From the NCBI GenBank assembly GCA_963791275.1, contig CAWBRP010000008.1, positions 6,809 through 70,808 of the forward strand: a stretch of 64,000 nucleotides of DNA. Direction: 5' to 3'. The notes beneath the pieces are model-generated. The model was not told where the DNA came from and ran no database searches. It worked only from the letters and a program-made list of their open reading frames with translations. The DNA is from an uncultured Actinomycetota bacterium. GTDB taxonomy: Bacteria; Actinomycetota; Actinomycetes; Propionibacteriales; Nocardioidaceae. Each line of letters begins with the position of its first letter. The first letter of the stretch is position 1. The translations under genes were made by a program, and so were the position numbers. Positions 34,320-47,762 of the stretch are shown here, one piece after another.

Positions 34320-35114
34320 ATGACCACCTTCGGCGCAGTCCTGGACCGGCAGCTGAGGAACGATCCGGGGCGACCGCTGGTCACGTTCTACGACCTGGCC
34401 ACCGGCGAGCGGGTGGAGCTCTCGGTCGTCACCTACGCCAACTGGGTGGCCAAGACCGCGTCCCTTCTCGTCGAGGAGCACGACCTCGCGCGCGGCGACC
34501 GGCTGCTGGTCGACCTGCCGGCGCACTGGCTGACGCCGGTGTTCCTCGGCGCCGCCTGGACCGTCGGGCTGCAGGTGGTGTGGGACGAACCGGACGGCCC
34601 CGACGGCCCCGACGGCCCCGACGACCCCGACGACCCCGACGACGTGGACGGGTTCGTCTGCGGGCCGTCGTCGGTCCACGCCCGGGCGGCTCAGGCGGCG
34701 GGCCGACCCGTGGTGGCAACGGCCCTGCTGCCCCTGGGAGCGCGGTTCGCGGAGCCGCTGCCCCCCGGCGCGACCGACTTCGGCGTGGACGTGTGGGGGC
34801 AGCCCGACGCCTTCGCGCCGTGGGACCCCCCGACGGCGGACGACCTCGCGGTGCCGGGCACGACGCAGGGAGAGATGTGGCGGGCGGCCACCGCCGGGAC
34901 CCTGCTCACGGGCGAGGGTTTCACCGACGGCGGCCGCCTGCTCACGGAGAACAGTCCGGCTTCCCCTTCCGGTCTGGCCTCCTTCGTGGAGCCACTTGCG
35001 CGAAGCGGGTCCAGCGTCTGGGTGGTGGGTGCGGACGGTCCCGAGGCACGGGCCCGGCTCGACGCGACGTACGCCGCCGAGCGGGCCACCGCGCGTCAGT
35101 CCGCCAGGTCGTAG
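34320..35114 (+). CDS. TIGR03089 family protein
   Basis: DPGRPLVTFYD..TGERVELS..T.ANWVAKTA.LL, LPAHW, WGQPD.F. Confidence 0.88.
   Translation: MTTFGAVLDRQLRNDPGRPLVTFYDLATGERVELSVVTYANWVAKTASLLVEEHDLARGDRLLVDLPAHWLTPVFLGAAWTVGLQVVWDEPDGPDGPDGPDDPDDPDDVDGFVCGPSSVHARAAQAAGRPVVATALLPLGARFAEPLPPGATDFGVDVWGQPDAFAPWDPPTADDLAVPGTTQGEMWRAATAGTLLTGEGFTDGGRLLTENSPASPSGLASFVEPLARSGSSVWVVGADGPEARARLDATYAAERATARQSARS
34590..34643 (+). repeat. 9-bp in-frame tandem repeat x6 (PDG)3(PDD)3
   Basis: CCGGACGGC CCCGACGGC CCCGACGGC CCCGACGAC CCCGACGAC CCCGACGAC. Confidence 0.9.
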
Positions 35115-37183
35115 TCGTTCATGCCTCCGCCGAGCAGCACCGGCTTGCCGAACCGCTTCTCGTTGCCGGGCAGGAGGTAGAGCCCGCCGTCCGACTTCTT
35201 GCGGAGCAGGACGTCGGCGTGGCCGCTCAGGTCGATGTCGCTGATGCCGATCACCCAGTCGAAGCCGGTCAGCCGACCGCGCACCTTGGTGGCGCCCGAC
35301 GTCAGCCCGCCCGGGCCGTTGCCCTTGTAGAGGACGAGGTTCTTCTTGCGCCGGAAGATGCTGTCCGGCGCGCCGTCCGCGTCCATCCGGCCGACGCCGA
35401 CCTGGCGCTTCGCCTTGATCTTGGAGTACGCCGGGTAGCTCGCCGCGAAACCGCCGAGCCCCGCGCCCGGGTAGATCCGCATCGAGGCCTTCCGCGGCTG
35501 CCCCATCAGGTCCGGCCACCCGTCGCCGGTGACGTCGCCGACGGCCGCGAGCAACCGGACGCTGCCCCAGCCGGTGCCGATCTGGACCGGAGCGGCGAAG
35601 CCACCCTGGCCGTTGCCGCGGTAGAGGAAGAGCCCGTCGGTCGAGGCGGAGCGGGTCACGAAGTCGCCGAATCCGTCGCGGTCCCAGTCCCCCACGTTGA
35701 GCACCGTGTCGGCATCGGCGAGGTTCCACCCGGTGTCGACCGGGGCGCCGAGCGGTGCGCCGCTGCCCTGGGTCGGGATGATGATGCCCTGCTTGTCGGC
35801 GGTCCGGCGGACCACGATGTCCGGGTTCGGGCTGCCGACCAGGTTGGACTCGAGCTCACGCCCGGCCCAGCCGATCTGCCCGGCCGCGGCGTACTGCCGG
35901 ATCAGCGGGAGCTGGGCGTAGAGGAACTTGCCGGGGCAGGCGGTCGACGCCGCGTCCCGGTGGCCGTTGATCGCCTGGAACACCGTGCGGCCGACCTGCT
36001 GGCTGGTCGAGGCGGCGCTCACGCCGTGCAGCGACAGCTTCCAGGCGAACACCGCGCCGTAGGCGCGCAGCACCGCGTCGGAGGGCTGCACGGTCTCGTA
36101 GTTGCCGATGGCCGACATCGCGAAGGAGTACTCGTTGTAGTTGAGCGTGTGGGCGCCGACCACCGGCCGGTCCACGCCGCCGTACCGCCCCTCCCACACC
36201 CGACCGAAGCGGTCGACGAGGAAGTTGTAGCCGATGTCGCTCCAGCCGCGGGACTTGGTGTGGTACGCGTAGATGCTGCGGATGAGCGCCGGGACCTCGG
36301 CCTCGGTGTAGTCGTTGGCGTTCACGGTGTGGTGGACGAAGCCGGCGTGCACCTCGAAGTAGCGCAACGAGCTCGCGTCGCGACCCTTCTCGTCGGCACC
36401 CCACTGGGCGCGGCTGAAGATCGTCGGGGCCGGCGTGTACGCCGCGGCCGCGGGCGACTCGGGGGACAGGGAGGCCGCGGACGCGGTGCGGGCCGACGGC
36501 AGGGACGCGGTGTCGATCGCCGGGCGGGCGGTGACCTCCTTGCCCTTGCCGGGGTCGATCACGGCCAGCTGCATGTCGGCGGGGGCGGCGCCCGTGGAGG
36601 TCGACCGGACCTGCACCTGGTCCACCCGGCCGATCAGCAGCGGGTCGGTGCCGGGGCGGGCGTGCCGCGCCTCGGCGCTCCCCGGGTCCGGGCCGTGGTC
36701 GGTGTCGTAGGCGATGTCGGTCCACCCCGACCAGGATCCCGCGGTGCGGGTGCGGGCCTGGAGGCTGATGTCGCCGTCCGGCACCTGCACGCTGGGGTCC
36801 CAGGTCACGCCGACGGCGCCGTACCCCACCACCTGCTGGGGAAGGCTCACCACCCGGTTCAGCCCGTGGCCGGTGGCCAGGCTCCGGGCCGCGAGCGGCT
36901 TGGACATCGCGGTGCGCCCGCCGAGCGGCGCGGTCAGCTGGATCTCGGACACCTTGGGGTCGACCGGCGCGGTCTCCACCGAGGCCGGCAGCGCCGCCTG
37001 GCGCTGGTAGGCCACCATCTCGGCGGACAGCGTCGCCCGGCCTCCGCCGGGCCCGGTGGCCGTCTCGGCGCCCACCACGTCGAGGCTGATCACGCTGGCC
37101 GCCGGGGTCAGCGCAGCGAGCACCAGCCCGAGGGCCAGCAGCTGCTGGCAGGCGGTGACATAACGGGCTTGCGATGCGCGCAT
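35096..37183 (-). CDS. secreted N-acetylmuramoyl-L-alanine amidase (Amidase_2/PGRP) with FG-GAP/VCBS repeats
   Basis: Signal peptide, SRAQWGADE, VHHT, YHT.SRGWSDIGYNFLVD, GAHT, GHRD...ACPG; GDWDRDG and GDVTGDG.PD repeats. Confidence 0.92.
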   Translation of the reverse strand: MRASQARYVTACQQLLALGLVLAALTPAASVISLDVVGAETATGPGGGRATLSAEMVAYQRQAALPASVETAPVDPKVSEIQLTAPLGGRTAMSKPLAARSLATGHGLNRVVSLPQQVVGYGAVGVTWDPSVQVPDGDISLQARTRTAGSWSGWTDIAYDTDHGPDPGSAEARHARPGTDPLLIGRVDQVQVRSTSTGAAPADMQLAVIDPGKGKEVTARPAIDTASLPSARTASAASLSPESPAAAAYTPAPTIFSRAQWGADEKGRDASSLRYFEVHAGFVHHTVNANDYTEAEVPALIRSIYAYHTKSRGWSDIGYNFLVDRFGRVWEGRYGGVDRPVVGAHTLNYNEYSFAMSAIGNYETVQPSDAVLRAYGAVFAWKLSLHGVSAASTSQQVGRTVFQAINGHRDAASTACPGKFLYAQLPLIRQYAAAGQIGWAGRELESNLVGSPNPDIVVRRTADKQGIIIPTQGSGAPLGAPVDTGWNLADADTVLNVGDWDRDGFGDFVTRSASTDGLFLYRGNGQGGFAAPVQIGTGWGSVRLLAAVGDVTGDGWPDLMGQPRKASMRIYPGAGLGGFAASYPAYSKIKAKRQVGVGRMDADGAPDSIFRRKKNLVLYKGNGPGGLTSGATKVRGRLTGFDWVIGISDIDLSGHADVLLRKKSDGGLYLLPGNEKRFGKPVLLGGGMNDYDLAD

Positions 37184-37225
37184 TGCGGGGTGCTCCAGTG
37201 GGGGAAGAAGCAACAGGAGTCGCAA

Positions 37226-37243
37226 GTTTCACACCAGTCACAC
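37226..37243. promoter_or_regulatory. putative MtrA-type direct repeat upstream of the amidase
   Basis: GTTTCA-N5-GTCACA; the 12-mer CACCAGTCACAC is identical to 47661-47672. Confidence 0.45.
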
Positions 37244-37341
37244 GCACCGCGGAAGAGAATCTGAGTAACTACAAACGTGTAATTTCCACTCGACACGCCG
37301 ACACGCCCGGGATTTCTCGCGCCGGTCGAGGCGCGGATGCC

Positions 37342-38124
37342 TCAGATGTCGGAGGCGATCTCCTCGTCGGCCATCTCCTCGGAGTCCGGCTCGTCGTCGG
37401 CGCCGTCGTAGTGCAGGAACTTGATGCCCTCGTCCACGGGACCGTCGTAGCCGACCGTGCCGGACTCCAGGACGATCACCCGGTCGCACATCTTCTTGAC
37501 CGAGCCCGCGGCATGGGTGACGTAGAACATCGTGATGCCGCTGTCACGGATCTCCTGCATGCGGGCCAGGCACTTCTTCTTGAAGGGGCGGTCCCCCACC
37601 GCGAGCACCTCGTCGGCGACGAAGATGTCGCAGTCGACGTGCACCGCGACGGAGAAGCCGAGGCGCGCGAACATGCCCGAGGAGTAGTTGCCCACCGGGG
37701 TGTCCATGAAGCGACCGACGTCGGCGAAGGCCGCGATGTCGTCGAACTTCTCGTCGGTCTCCTGCTCGGACATGCCGAGGATGGCGGCGTTCATGTAGAT
37801 GTTCTCGCGCCCGGTGAGCTGCTGGTGGAAGCCGGCACCCGTGGCGATCAGGCCGGAGATCCGGCCGCGGGTGAGCACCGAGCCGCTGTCGGGCTTCATC
37901 ACCCCGCAGATGAGCTTCAGCAGGGTGCTCTTGCCCGAGCCGTTGAGACCCATCAGCCCGATCGACTCGCCCTGCTCGACCTCGAAGGAGACGCCGCTCA
38001 GCGCCCAGAACGAGTCGCTGACCGCCTGGCCGCGGACCTTGGCCACGGTCATCTGCTTGAGGGTGCGGTGGTACTGGAGGGAGAACTCCTTCGACACGTT
38101 GTCGACCACGATCGAGGTCGTCAC
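37342..38124 (-). CDS. wzt: polysaccharide export ABC transporter ATPase (Wzt/TagH/RfbE)
   Basis: FWALSGVSF, GLNGSGKSTL, GFHQQLTGREN, YSSGMFARLGF, DEVLAVGD. Confidence 0.92.
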   Translation of the reverse strand: MTTSIVVDNVSKEFSLQYHRTLKQMTVAKVRGQAVSDSFWALSGVSFEVEQGESIGLMGLNGSGKSTLLKLICGVMKPDSGSVLTRGRISGLIATGAGFHQQLTGRENIYMNAAILGMSEQETDEKFDDIAAFADVGRFMDTPVGNYSSGMFARLGFSVAVHVDCDIFVADEVLAVGDRPFKKKCLARMQEIRDSGITMFYVTHAAGSVKKMCDRVIVLESGTVGYDGPVDEGIKFLHYDGADDEPDSEEMADEEIASDI

Positions 38125-39017
38125 GTCAGCAGCTCCGGCACCTTGCCCTCGAGCCGGGAGAAGACCCACTGCGCGAAGACGATGAGGACGAGGAGCGCCC
38201 CCAGCATGATGAAGCCGCGCTCCCACAGGTTGGGCGGGAAGCTCGTGCGGTACGGCGCGTCGGTGGTGGTCCACCAGAAGCCCCGCTGGATCAGGAGCAC
38301 CGCCTCGGCCACCGGGTTGGCCATGTAGATGTCGTAGATGGTGCCGCTTCCGAAGCGCAGCTTGATGATCGCGTAGGGGTACATCATCGGCACCACGAAC
38401 GGCACCATGTTGATGAAGGTCTGCACGATGCGGCCGAAGTCCCGGAACAGCACGTTGAAGACCGAGAACATCAGGCCGAGCGCGGTCCCGAACAGCATCA
38501 CGAGGACGAATCCGAGCAGCGCCGCGGCGAAGCCCGCGGCGTCGGGGTGCCAGGTGCGCGTCGCGATGCACGCGATGGTGAGGATGATCAGCTGCGGGAT
38601 CGTGTGGTAGAGCGAGACCAGCATCGAGGCGAACGGGAACAGCTCGCGCGGCATCGCCATCTTCTGCACGATGCCCTTGTTGGTCAGCAGCGATCGGGTG
38701 CCCGAGTTGACCGTCTCGGTGAAGTAGTGGACCAGCACCATCCCGGCGAACAGGTGGATCGCGAAGTTGGGGACTCCCTGCCCGCGGCCGATGACGATGC
38801 CGAAGACGAAGTAGAAGGTGAAGAAGCGCACCGTCGGGTTGATGTAGGACCAGCCCAGCCCGACCGCGGAGCGGGAGTAGCGCGCCTGGATCTCGCGGCG
38901 CACCATCAGGCGCAGCAGGTACCGCCGGCGGAAGGCCTCGAGGAGCCCGCTGGTGGCCGACGGGGGCCCCAGGGGAACGTGCTCGAGGTCGTGGCGGATC
39001 GCGACCTTGTCACTCAT
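38121..39017 (-). CDS. wzm: polysaccharide export ABC transporter permease (Wzm/TagG/RfbD)
   Basis: RREIQARYSRSAVGLGWSYINP, FRDF, P.MYP, ANP, multiple TMs. Confidence 0.9.
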   Translation of the reverse strand: MSDKVAIRHDLEHVPLGPPSATSGLLEAFRRRYLLRLMVRREIQARYSRSAVGLGWSYINPTVRFFTFYFVFGIVIGRGQGVPNFAIHLFAGMVLVHYFTETVNSGTRSLLTNKGIVQKMAMPRELFPFASMLVSLYHTIPQLIILTIACIATRTWHPDAAGFAAALLGFVLVMLFGTALGLMFSVFNVLFRDFGRIVQTFINMVPFVVPMMYPYAIIKLRFGSGTIYDIYMANPVAEAVLLIQRGFWWTTTDAPYRTSFPPNLWERGFIMLGALLVLIVFAQWVFSRLEGKVPELLT

Positions 39018-39022
39018 CCGCG

Positions 39023-42249
<3,227 letters not shown>

Positions 42250-42301
42250 CTACGGACGTCCCCTTCCCGCGCTCCATTCCCCGCGCCCGACATGGCCCGG
42301 A

Positions 42302-43672
42302 TCACACCACGGCGCCGGCGGCTGCTTCCCGGAGCGCGGCCAGGCTCCGCTCGACGTCGGACTCGCTCGTCGCCCAGTTGCTGACCGAGATGCGCAGCAC
42401 CGCGCGGCCGGCCCACTGGGAGCCCGACATCCAGGACGTGCCGTCCGCGAGCACCCGGCGGACGACGTCCCGGGTGCGCTCGTCGCTGCCGAACGACGCG
42501 CAGAGCTGGGTGTAGACCACGTCGTTGAGCACCTCGGCCCCGTCGATCTCCCCGATCCCGTCGGCGAAGGCGCGCGCGTGGCGGGCCATCCGCTCGACCA
42601 GGTCCGCGACCCCGGTCCTGCCGAGGGCACGCAGGACCGCCCAGACCGGGAGGGCCCGGCCGCGGCGGGACAGCTCGGGCACCTTCTCGAACGGGTCGCC
42701 CGCCTCGTCGTGGATGAGGTAGTCCCCGTGCATGCTCATGGCCGCCTTGAGGGCGACCGGGTCGCGGACGATGGCGATGCCGCAGTCGTAGGGGACGTTG
42801 AGGGTCTTGTGCGCGTCGGTCCCCCACGAGTCGGCGGCGGCGTACCCCTCGATGAGCGGCCGCAGCGCCGGCGACGCGGCCGCGAACAGCCCGAACGCGC
42901 CGTCCACGTGCACCCAGGCGCCGTTCTCGTGGGCGACCCGGATCGCCTCGGTGAAGGGGTCGAAGGCGCCGGAGTGGAGGTTGCCGGCCTGCAGCACGAC
43001 GATGGTGGGGCCGTCGCGTCCCTGGAGGGCCTCCGCCAAGGCAGCCACGTCGAGGCGTCCCTGGTCGTCGGCGGCGACGGTCTCCGGGGCACCGAGCCCG
43101 AGGTAGCGCAGCACCAGGTCGACCGAGTCGTGCCGCTCCTCGCCGACCAGCACCCGCACCCGGGGGCCGCCCACGAGCCCGTGGACCGACTGGTCCCAGC
43201 CGGCCCGGCGGAGGACCTCGTCGCGGGCCGCGGCCAGGCAGGTGAAGTTGGCCATCGTGCCGCCGGTGACGTAGCCGACGGCCGCCGCCGGCGGCAGACC
43301 GAGCAGGTCGAGGAGCCAGGCGGAGGCGACGTCCTCGACCGCCGAGTGGGCCGGGGTGACCTGCCTGAGCCCGGCGTTCTGGTCCCAGGCACTGACCAGC
43401 CAGTCCGCGGCCAGGGCCGCCGGATGGGTGCCGCCGATGACGAAGCCGAAGAACCGTCCCGACGGCATCGCGGTCAGCCCGTCGATGCTCGCGGCGGCGA
43501 GCAGGTCCACCACGTCGACCGGATCGGTCGGCTCGTCGGGCAGCTCGCTGCCCAACCGGGCGACGACCTCCGCCACGTCCGCCTGGGGCGGCACGGGGCG
43601 GGTGTCGAGGGAGGCAAGCCATGACGTGGCGTGCTCGTGGGCCCGGGCCAGGGCAGCCTCGCGTTCGTCCAT
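42302..43672 (-). CDS. PLP-dependent group II amino acid decarboxylase
   Basis: GRFFGFVIGG, AWDQNA, VTGGTMAN, HVDGAFG, DSWGTDAHKTLNVPYDCG. Confidence 0.9.
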   Translation of the reverse strand: MDEREAALARAHEHATSWLASLDTRPVPPQADVAEVVARLGSELPDEPTDPVDVVDLLAAASIDGLTAMPSGRFFGFVIGGTHPAALAADWLVSAWDQNAGLRQVTPAHSAVEDVASAWLLDLLGLPPAAAVGYVTGGTMANFTCLAAARDEVLRRAGWDQSVHGLVGGPRVRVLVGEERHDSVDLVLRYLGLGAPETVAADDQGRLDVAALAEALQGRDGPTIVVLQAGNLHSGAFDPFTEAIRVAHENGAWVHVDGAFGLFAAASPALRPLIEGYAAADSWGTDAHKTLNVPYDCGIAIVRDPVALKAAMSMHGDYLIHDEAGDPFEKVPELSRRGRALPVWAVLRALGRTGVADLVERMARHARAFADGIGEIDGAEVLNDVVYTQLCASFGSDERTRDVVRRVLADGTSWMSGSQWAGRAVLRISVSNWATSESDVERSLAALREAAAGAVV

Positions 43673-43715
43673 GCCGTCCAATCTCCCGCGCGTGGCGCCG
43701 GCGCGCCAGATCGTT

Positions 43716-44137
43716 CTAGACCGCGTCCTCGGGCAGCGCCAGCTTCTGCACCCCGCCGAGCCGGCGGTGGAAGCGCACGCTCGCCGCGAAGCCGTCCAGG
43801 ACCGCCCACAGCGCCTGGTGTGCCGCCCAGGGCAGCGGCTCGTCCCCGAACCGCCAGGTGTCGCCGAAGCCGATCCACACCGGCACCCAGTCGGCCGCGA
43901 CGTCCCACGCGCCGCGCTGGCGCTCGAGGAGCCGACGCCGGACCTGGAACTCCATCCGCCGTCCGTCCGGGCAGATCGGCGCGCTGCGCACCGGCCAGGG
44001 GCGCAGGTCGCGCAGGATCAGGGCGAGCTCCAGGTCGGTGAGCACCCGCGGCTCGACGAGCACGGTGGCGACGTTCTCGTGCGGCGTGCGCATCACGGGG
44101 TGGTCCCGTGGCTGGTGCCGATGAACGCCGAGCTCAT
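43716..44137 (-). CDS. hypothetical protein (start at ATG 44137 with a frameshift, or GTG 44096)
   Basis: 126-aa ORF with GC3-biased codons; upstream MSSAFIGTSHGTTP is one base out of frame. Confidence 0.6.
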
Positions 44138-44270
44138 GGTGTTCAGGATAAGAGGAGGCGGGGACGACGGCTCAGCGCTCTCGTGCGCCGGCCCGTCGAA
44201 GCGGTGAGTGTGCCACCGATCTGGCCGGTGCAACGGTGGCCAGGTCACCGCTCACCCGCGCATCCGCTCA

Positions 44271-45158
44271 CTAGCGCATCCGGCGCGCGTCCCGCACCGC
44301 GCGGAGCACGTTGCCCGCCTCGGCCCGGCCACCCCGCAGCGGGCTGAGCGCGGTCACGGCGGCGGCGATCGCGTAGGGCTTGGCGCGCACGAGGCGGTTC
44401 TCACCGTGCCGGAAGTGCACCGCGAACAGGTTCCGGTACATGTAGTAGCCCTTCCACCCGTCCAGCGCGTGCTGCTGGTCGAAGTCGAGCTGCCGCACCA
44501 GCACCGCGTCCCGCACCGCCCAGATCCGGAAGCCGGCCCTGCGGGCGCGCACCGCGAAGTCCACGTCGTCGTAGAAGATGAAGAACGACGCGTCCGGCAG
44601 GCCGATCGCGTCGACGACCTCGCGCCGCAGGAGGAACCCTTCGAACGCGACGTTCTCGATCTCGACCAGCTCGGGCATCGCGGCGCGGGTGCCGTACTCG
44701 GTCTCGACCATCGCGGTCTTCGGCTTGATGGCGCGCGGGTCCCGCAGGTCGAAGCGGGTCGCCGCCTTCTCGACCAGGTTCCCCTGCCGGTCCTCGCGGA
44801 CCGCGGCCAGCGCCGCCTCGTCGTACGACATCAGCACCTCGAGGCAGTCCGGTGCCGGGACCACGTCGTCGTCCATCAGCCAGAACCGGTCGTAGCCGCG
44901 CTCGTGGGCGGTCTTCAGCCCGGTGTGGAAGCCACCGGCGCCGCCGGTGTTCTCGTCGAGGTGCAAGGTCTCCAGGGGCAGGTCGGTGCGCGCCTCGAGC
45001 ACAGCCCGGGTGTCGTCGGTGCTGGCGTTGTCGATCACCAGGACCAGGTCCGGGCGCCGCGTCTGCGCGGCGAGCCCGTCGAGCATGCCGCCGAGCAGGC
45101 CCGCGCGGTTGTAGGTGACGACGACGACGGCGACCGACTCGGGGGTCGCCTCAGCCAC
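44271..45158 (-). CDS. glycosyltransferase family 2 (GlfT1/rhamnosyltransferase-like)
   Basis: VVVTYNR, DNASTD, NTGGAGGF, WLMDDD, GLPD..FFIFYDD. Confidence 0.9.
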   Translation of the reverse strand: MAEATPESVAVVVVTYNRAGLLGGMLDGLAAQTRRPDLVLVIDNASTDDTRAVLEARTDLPLETLHLDENTGGAGGFHTGLKTAHERGYDRFWLMDDDVVPAPDCLEVLMSYDEAALAAVREDRQGNLVEKAATRFDLRDPRAIKPKTAMVETEYGTRAAMPELVEIENVAFEGFLLRREVVDAIGLPDASFFIFYDDVDFAVRARRAGFRIWAVRDAVLVRQLDFDQQHALDGWKGYYMYRNLFAVHFRHGENRLVRAKPYAIAAAVTALSPLRGGRAEAGNVLRAVRDARRMR

Positions 45159-46092
45159 CGAGGTACCTCGCGTGACCGGTGAAGTCGCCGCGCAGCCCGG
45201 CCAGCATCGCCCGCGCGCTGAGCCGCAGCCGCGCGGCGCTGGGCCGGGTGAAGGTGTAGAACCACGCCGTCTTCACCACGAACGCCAAGGCGTGCAGGGA
45301 GCCGCGGTAGTCCTTGAGGTTCACCAGGTTGTTGCGGGCCATGCAGTAGTGCTTGAGGTTGCTCGGGCTGTGGTTGTACGTCGTCCGGCCGAGCATCATG
45401 GGCGTCCCGAGGTCGTCCGTGGCCGGGTGCAGGAAGTGCGCGTCGACCACGGTGCCGCACCGGGCGCCGGCCTCTCGGGCCCGCCAGAGGTACTCCACGT
45501 CGTCGCCCCAGATGAAGAAGTCCTCCCGGGGCAGGCCGATCCGGTCCACCAGCTGCGCGGTGACGAGCACCCCGTTGAAGGGGATCACCACGTCGGGGAT
45601 CAGCCCGTCCGTCGCGGCCGCACGCACCGCCGCCACGTCGTGCACGACCCGGGCCCCACCCGGCAGCCGGATCGGGAAGCACAGCCGGGACCGGTCGTGC
45701 TCGGCGAGCACCGCAGGCCCCCAGAAGTCGAGGTCGGTGCGGGTGAGGAGTCGCTCCAGGCAGTCGGGATCGGGCAGGCCGTCGTCGTCCATCAGCCAGG
45801 CGAGGTCCGCGCCCCGGTCGATGGCCCAGGCCAGCCCGTCGTGGAAGCCCCCGGCCCCACCGCGGTTCGAGGCCATGGTCCGGTGCAGCACCTTGGCGGC
45901 CACCTCGTGGGACTCGATGGACTCGAGGTTGGCCAGCCAGTCGCTGGTCCCGTCGGTCGAGGCGTTGTCGACCACCAGGATCTCCTGGAGGCCGGGCACG
46001 GTCACCAGCCGCTCGACGAGCCGCCGCACCAACGCGATCCGGTTGAAGGTCACCACGACGGCGATGATCCGTTGCTCGCCGTCTGCCTTCAC
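45151..46092 (-). CDS. glycosyltransferase family 2 (GlfT1-like)
   Basis: VVVTFNR, DNASTDG, NRGGAGGF, WLMDDDGLP, PFNG.L, GLP..FFIWGDDVEY, K.Y..RN. Confidence 0.9.
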   Translation of the reverse strand: MKADGEQRIIAVVVTFNRIALVRRLVERLVTVPGLQEILVVDNASTDGTSDWLANLESIESHEVAAKVLHRTMASNRGGAGGFHDGLAWAIDRGADLAWLMDDDGLPDPDCLERLLTRTDLDFWGPAVLAEHDRSRLCFPIRLPGGARVVHDVAAVRAAATDGLIPDVVIPFNGVLVTAQLVDRIGLPREDFFIWGDDVEYLWRAREAGARCGTVVDAHFLHPATDDLGTPMMLGRTTYNHSPSNLKHYCMARNNLVNLKDYRGSLHALAFVVKTAWFYTFTRPSAARLRLSARAMLAGLRGDFTGHARYLGG

Positions 46093-46109
46093 GGAGCCAA
46101 CCCTAGGGG

Positions 46110-47615
46110 TCAGCAGGTCGATGCGAGGTCGTCGGCCTGGTTGGCGGCGTACCCGTCGGCGAGGCTCCCCACGGAGCCTCCGGTCACCGGCGCGGGCCCC
46201 CTGGCCTTGGCCTTCTTGGTCGACGGCGAGGCGGGTGCCGCACCCTCGTCCCCGGCGGCGGGGGCGGGAGCGGGGGCCGCCTGGGCGGTGTCGGCGGGCG
46301 GCGTCCGTCCCTCGGCCCGGGCGATGGCCGCGGCGATCGTGTCCTGGACCAGGGCGATGTCCGGAGACCCGGTGTTGATGAGCGGCGGCACCAGGGAGAC
46401 CGTGGAGATCCGCTGGCTCCGGGCCTTGAGGGCCAGCTGCATGAAGCGGTCGAGCTCGCTGGCCGGCAGGTTGGTCGAGATCATCTCCGACGACGCGGCG
46501 GCGATGTCCTCGAAGTTCGTGACGGCGGACTGCGGGCTGATCTGCTTGAGCATCGCGCTCATCACACACTTCTGCCGCGCCATCCGCGAGTAGTCGTCGG
46601 AGCCCTCGCGGGCCCGGGCGAACCACAGGGTGTCGTGGCCGTCCAGGGTGCGGACTCCTGGCTCGATGTAGCCGGTGACGTCGCTGCCGAGGCCGCCGAC
46701 CGGGATCCGGGTGCGCACGTTGAGCTCGACCCCGCCGACCGCGTCGACCAGGTCCCGGAACCCCTGGAGGTTGACCATCGCCCAGTAGTTGATGTCCAGG
46801 TCGGTGATCCCCTCGATCGCCATGATCGTGGCGTCCACGCCGGGGTGGTCGGACTTCTTGAACAGCTCGGTGTGGTCGCCGGCCCAGGTGCTGACGGCGT
46901 TGAGGTAGCAGGTGTCGCAGTCGAAGCCCTGGGGGAACTGCTTGTGCATCACCGAGCCCTTGCGGAACGGGAACTCCGACATGTTGCGGGGCAGGCTGAT
47001 CAGCACGGTGCGGCCGGTCTCGGCGTCGATGCTCGCCACCGTCATCGAGTCCGGACGCAGGCCCCAACGGCCCGCGCCGGAGTCGCCGCCGAGCAGGAGC
47101 ACGTTGAAGCGGCCGTTCGTGGCGCCGGTGACCTCACCGCTGCCGAACATGGTCACGATGAAGTCGCGCTGCACCCCGACCAGGTGCGCGCCGAAGAGCA
47201 GCGTCGCGGCGATGCCCATGCTGAGGAACCCGTTCAGGCCGACGACGGCGAGCCGGTGGTTCTGGCGCAGGGACAGCGGCTGGCCGAGGCGCCAGGCGTC
47301 CATGAAGAGCAGCACCCAGCCGACCGCCGCGAACATCAGCACGATCCGGAGGAGACCCAGCAGGATCGTGTTGGAGATCAGGTAGAAGACGGCGCCGTGC
47401 CACACCAGGCTGACCACCAGGGTGAGGACGCCGGCGGCGACGAGGGCCAGCCAGGTGCGCAGGGCGATCAGGCCGACCCGGCGGTTGCCGGCGAGCAGCT
47501 GCGCGGACCCGGGCACCAGCAGCGTCATGACCATCAGCGACATGGCCCGGCGGAACCGGACGCGCGTGGCGCGGTCATCGAGGTTGCGCGACACCACGGA
47601 GGCACCGTCGAGCAT
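46110..47615 (-). CDS. LCP (LytR-CpsA-Psr) family glycopolymer transferase with N-terminal TMs
   Basis: NVLLLGGD, RPDSMTV, SLPRN, GFRDLVDAVGGV, ARAR..SDDYSRMARQ. Confidence 0.92.
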   Translation of the reverse strand: MLDGASVVSRNLDDRATRVRFRRAMSLMVMTLLVPGSAQLLAGNRRVGLIALRTWLALVAAGVLTLVVSLVWHGAVFYLISNTILLGLLRIVLMFAAVGWVLLFMDAWRLGQPLSLRQNHRLAVVGLNGFLSMGIAATLLFGAHLVGVQRDFIVTMFGSGEVTGATNGRFNVLLLGGDSGAGRWGLRPDSMTVASIDAETGRTVLISLPRNMSEFPFRKGSVMHKQFPQGFDCDTCYLNAVSTWAGDHTELFKKSDHPGVDATIMAIEGITDLDINYWAMVNLQGFRDLVDAVGGVELNVRTRIPVGGLGSDVTGYIEPGVRTLDGHDTLWFARAREGSDDYSRMARQKCVMSAMLKQISPQSAVTNFEDIAAASSEMISTNLPASELDRFMQLALKARSQRISTVSLVPPLINTGSPDIALVQDTIAAAIARAEGRTPPADTAQAAPAPAPAAGDEGAAPASPSTKKAKARGPAPVTGGSVGSLADGYAANQADDLASTC

Positions 47616-47660
47616 GCGGTCGCCAATCTGATCGGGGAAGTGAATGGCTCCGCCCAGTAT

Positions 47661-47690
47661 CACCAGTCACACCCGTCACACGGCGTTACG
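47661..47690. promoter_or_regulatory. putative MtrA-type direct repeats between divergent LCP genes
   Basis: GTCACA 47666-47671, GTCACA 47675-47680, GTTACG 47685-47690. Confidence 0.5.
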
Positions 47691-47762
47691 ACGCGCCGCC
47701 CGGGGTGAACCGTCGCCCGGCCTCCCGGGGAGGTCACCGGCCGCACGGTAGCGTCTGCCAGC

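Noticed and set aside
37184-37341. c-di-AMP (ydaO) riboswitch upstream of the amidase
   Set aside because: Hallmark GAAUCC/GGAAC/GGGGGA elements not found
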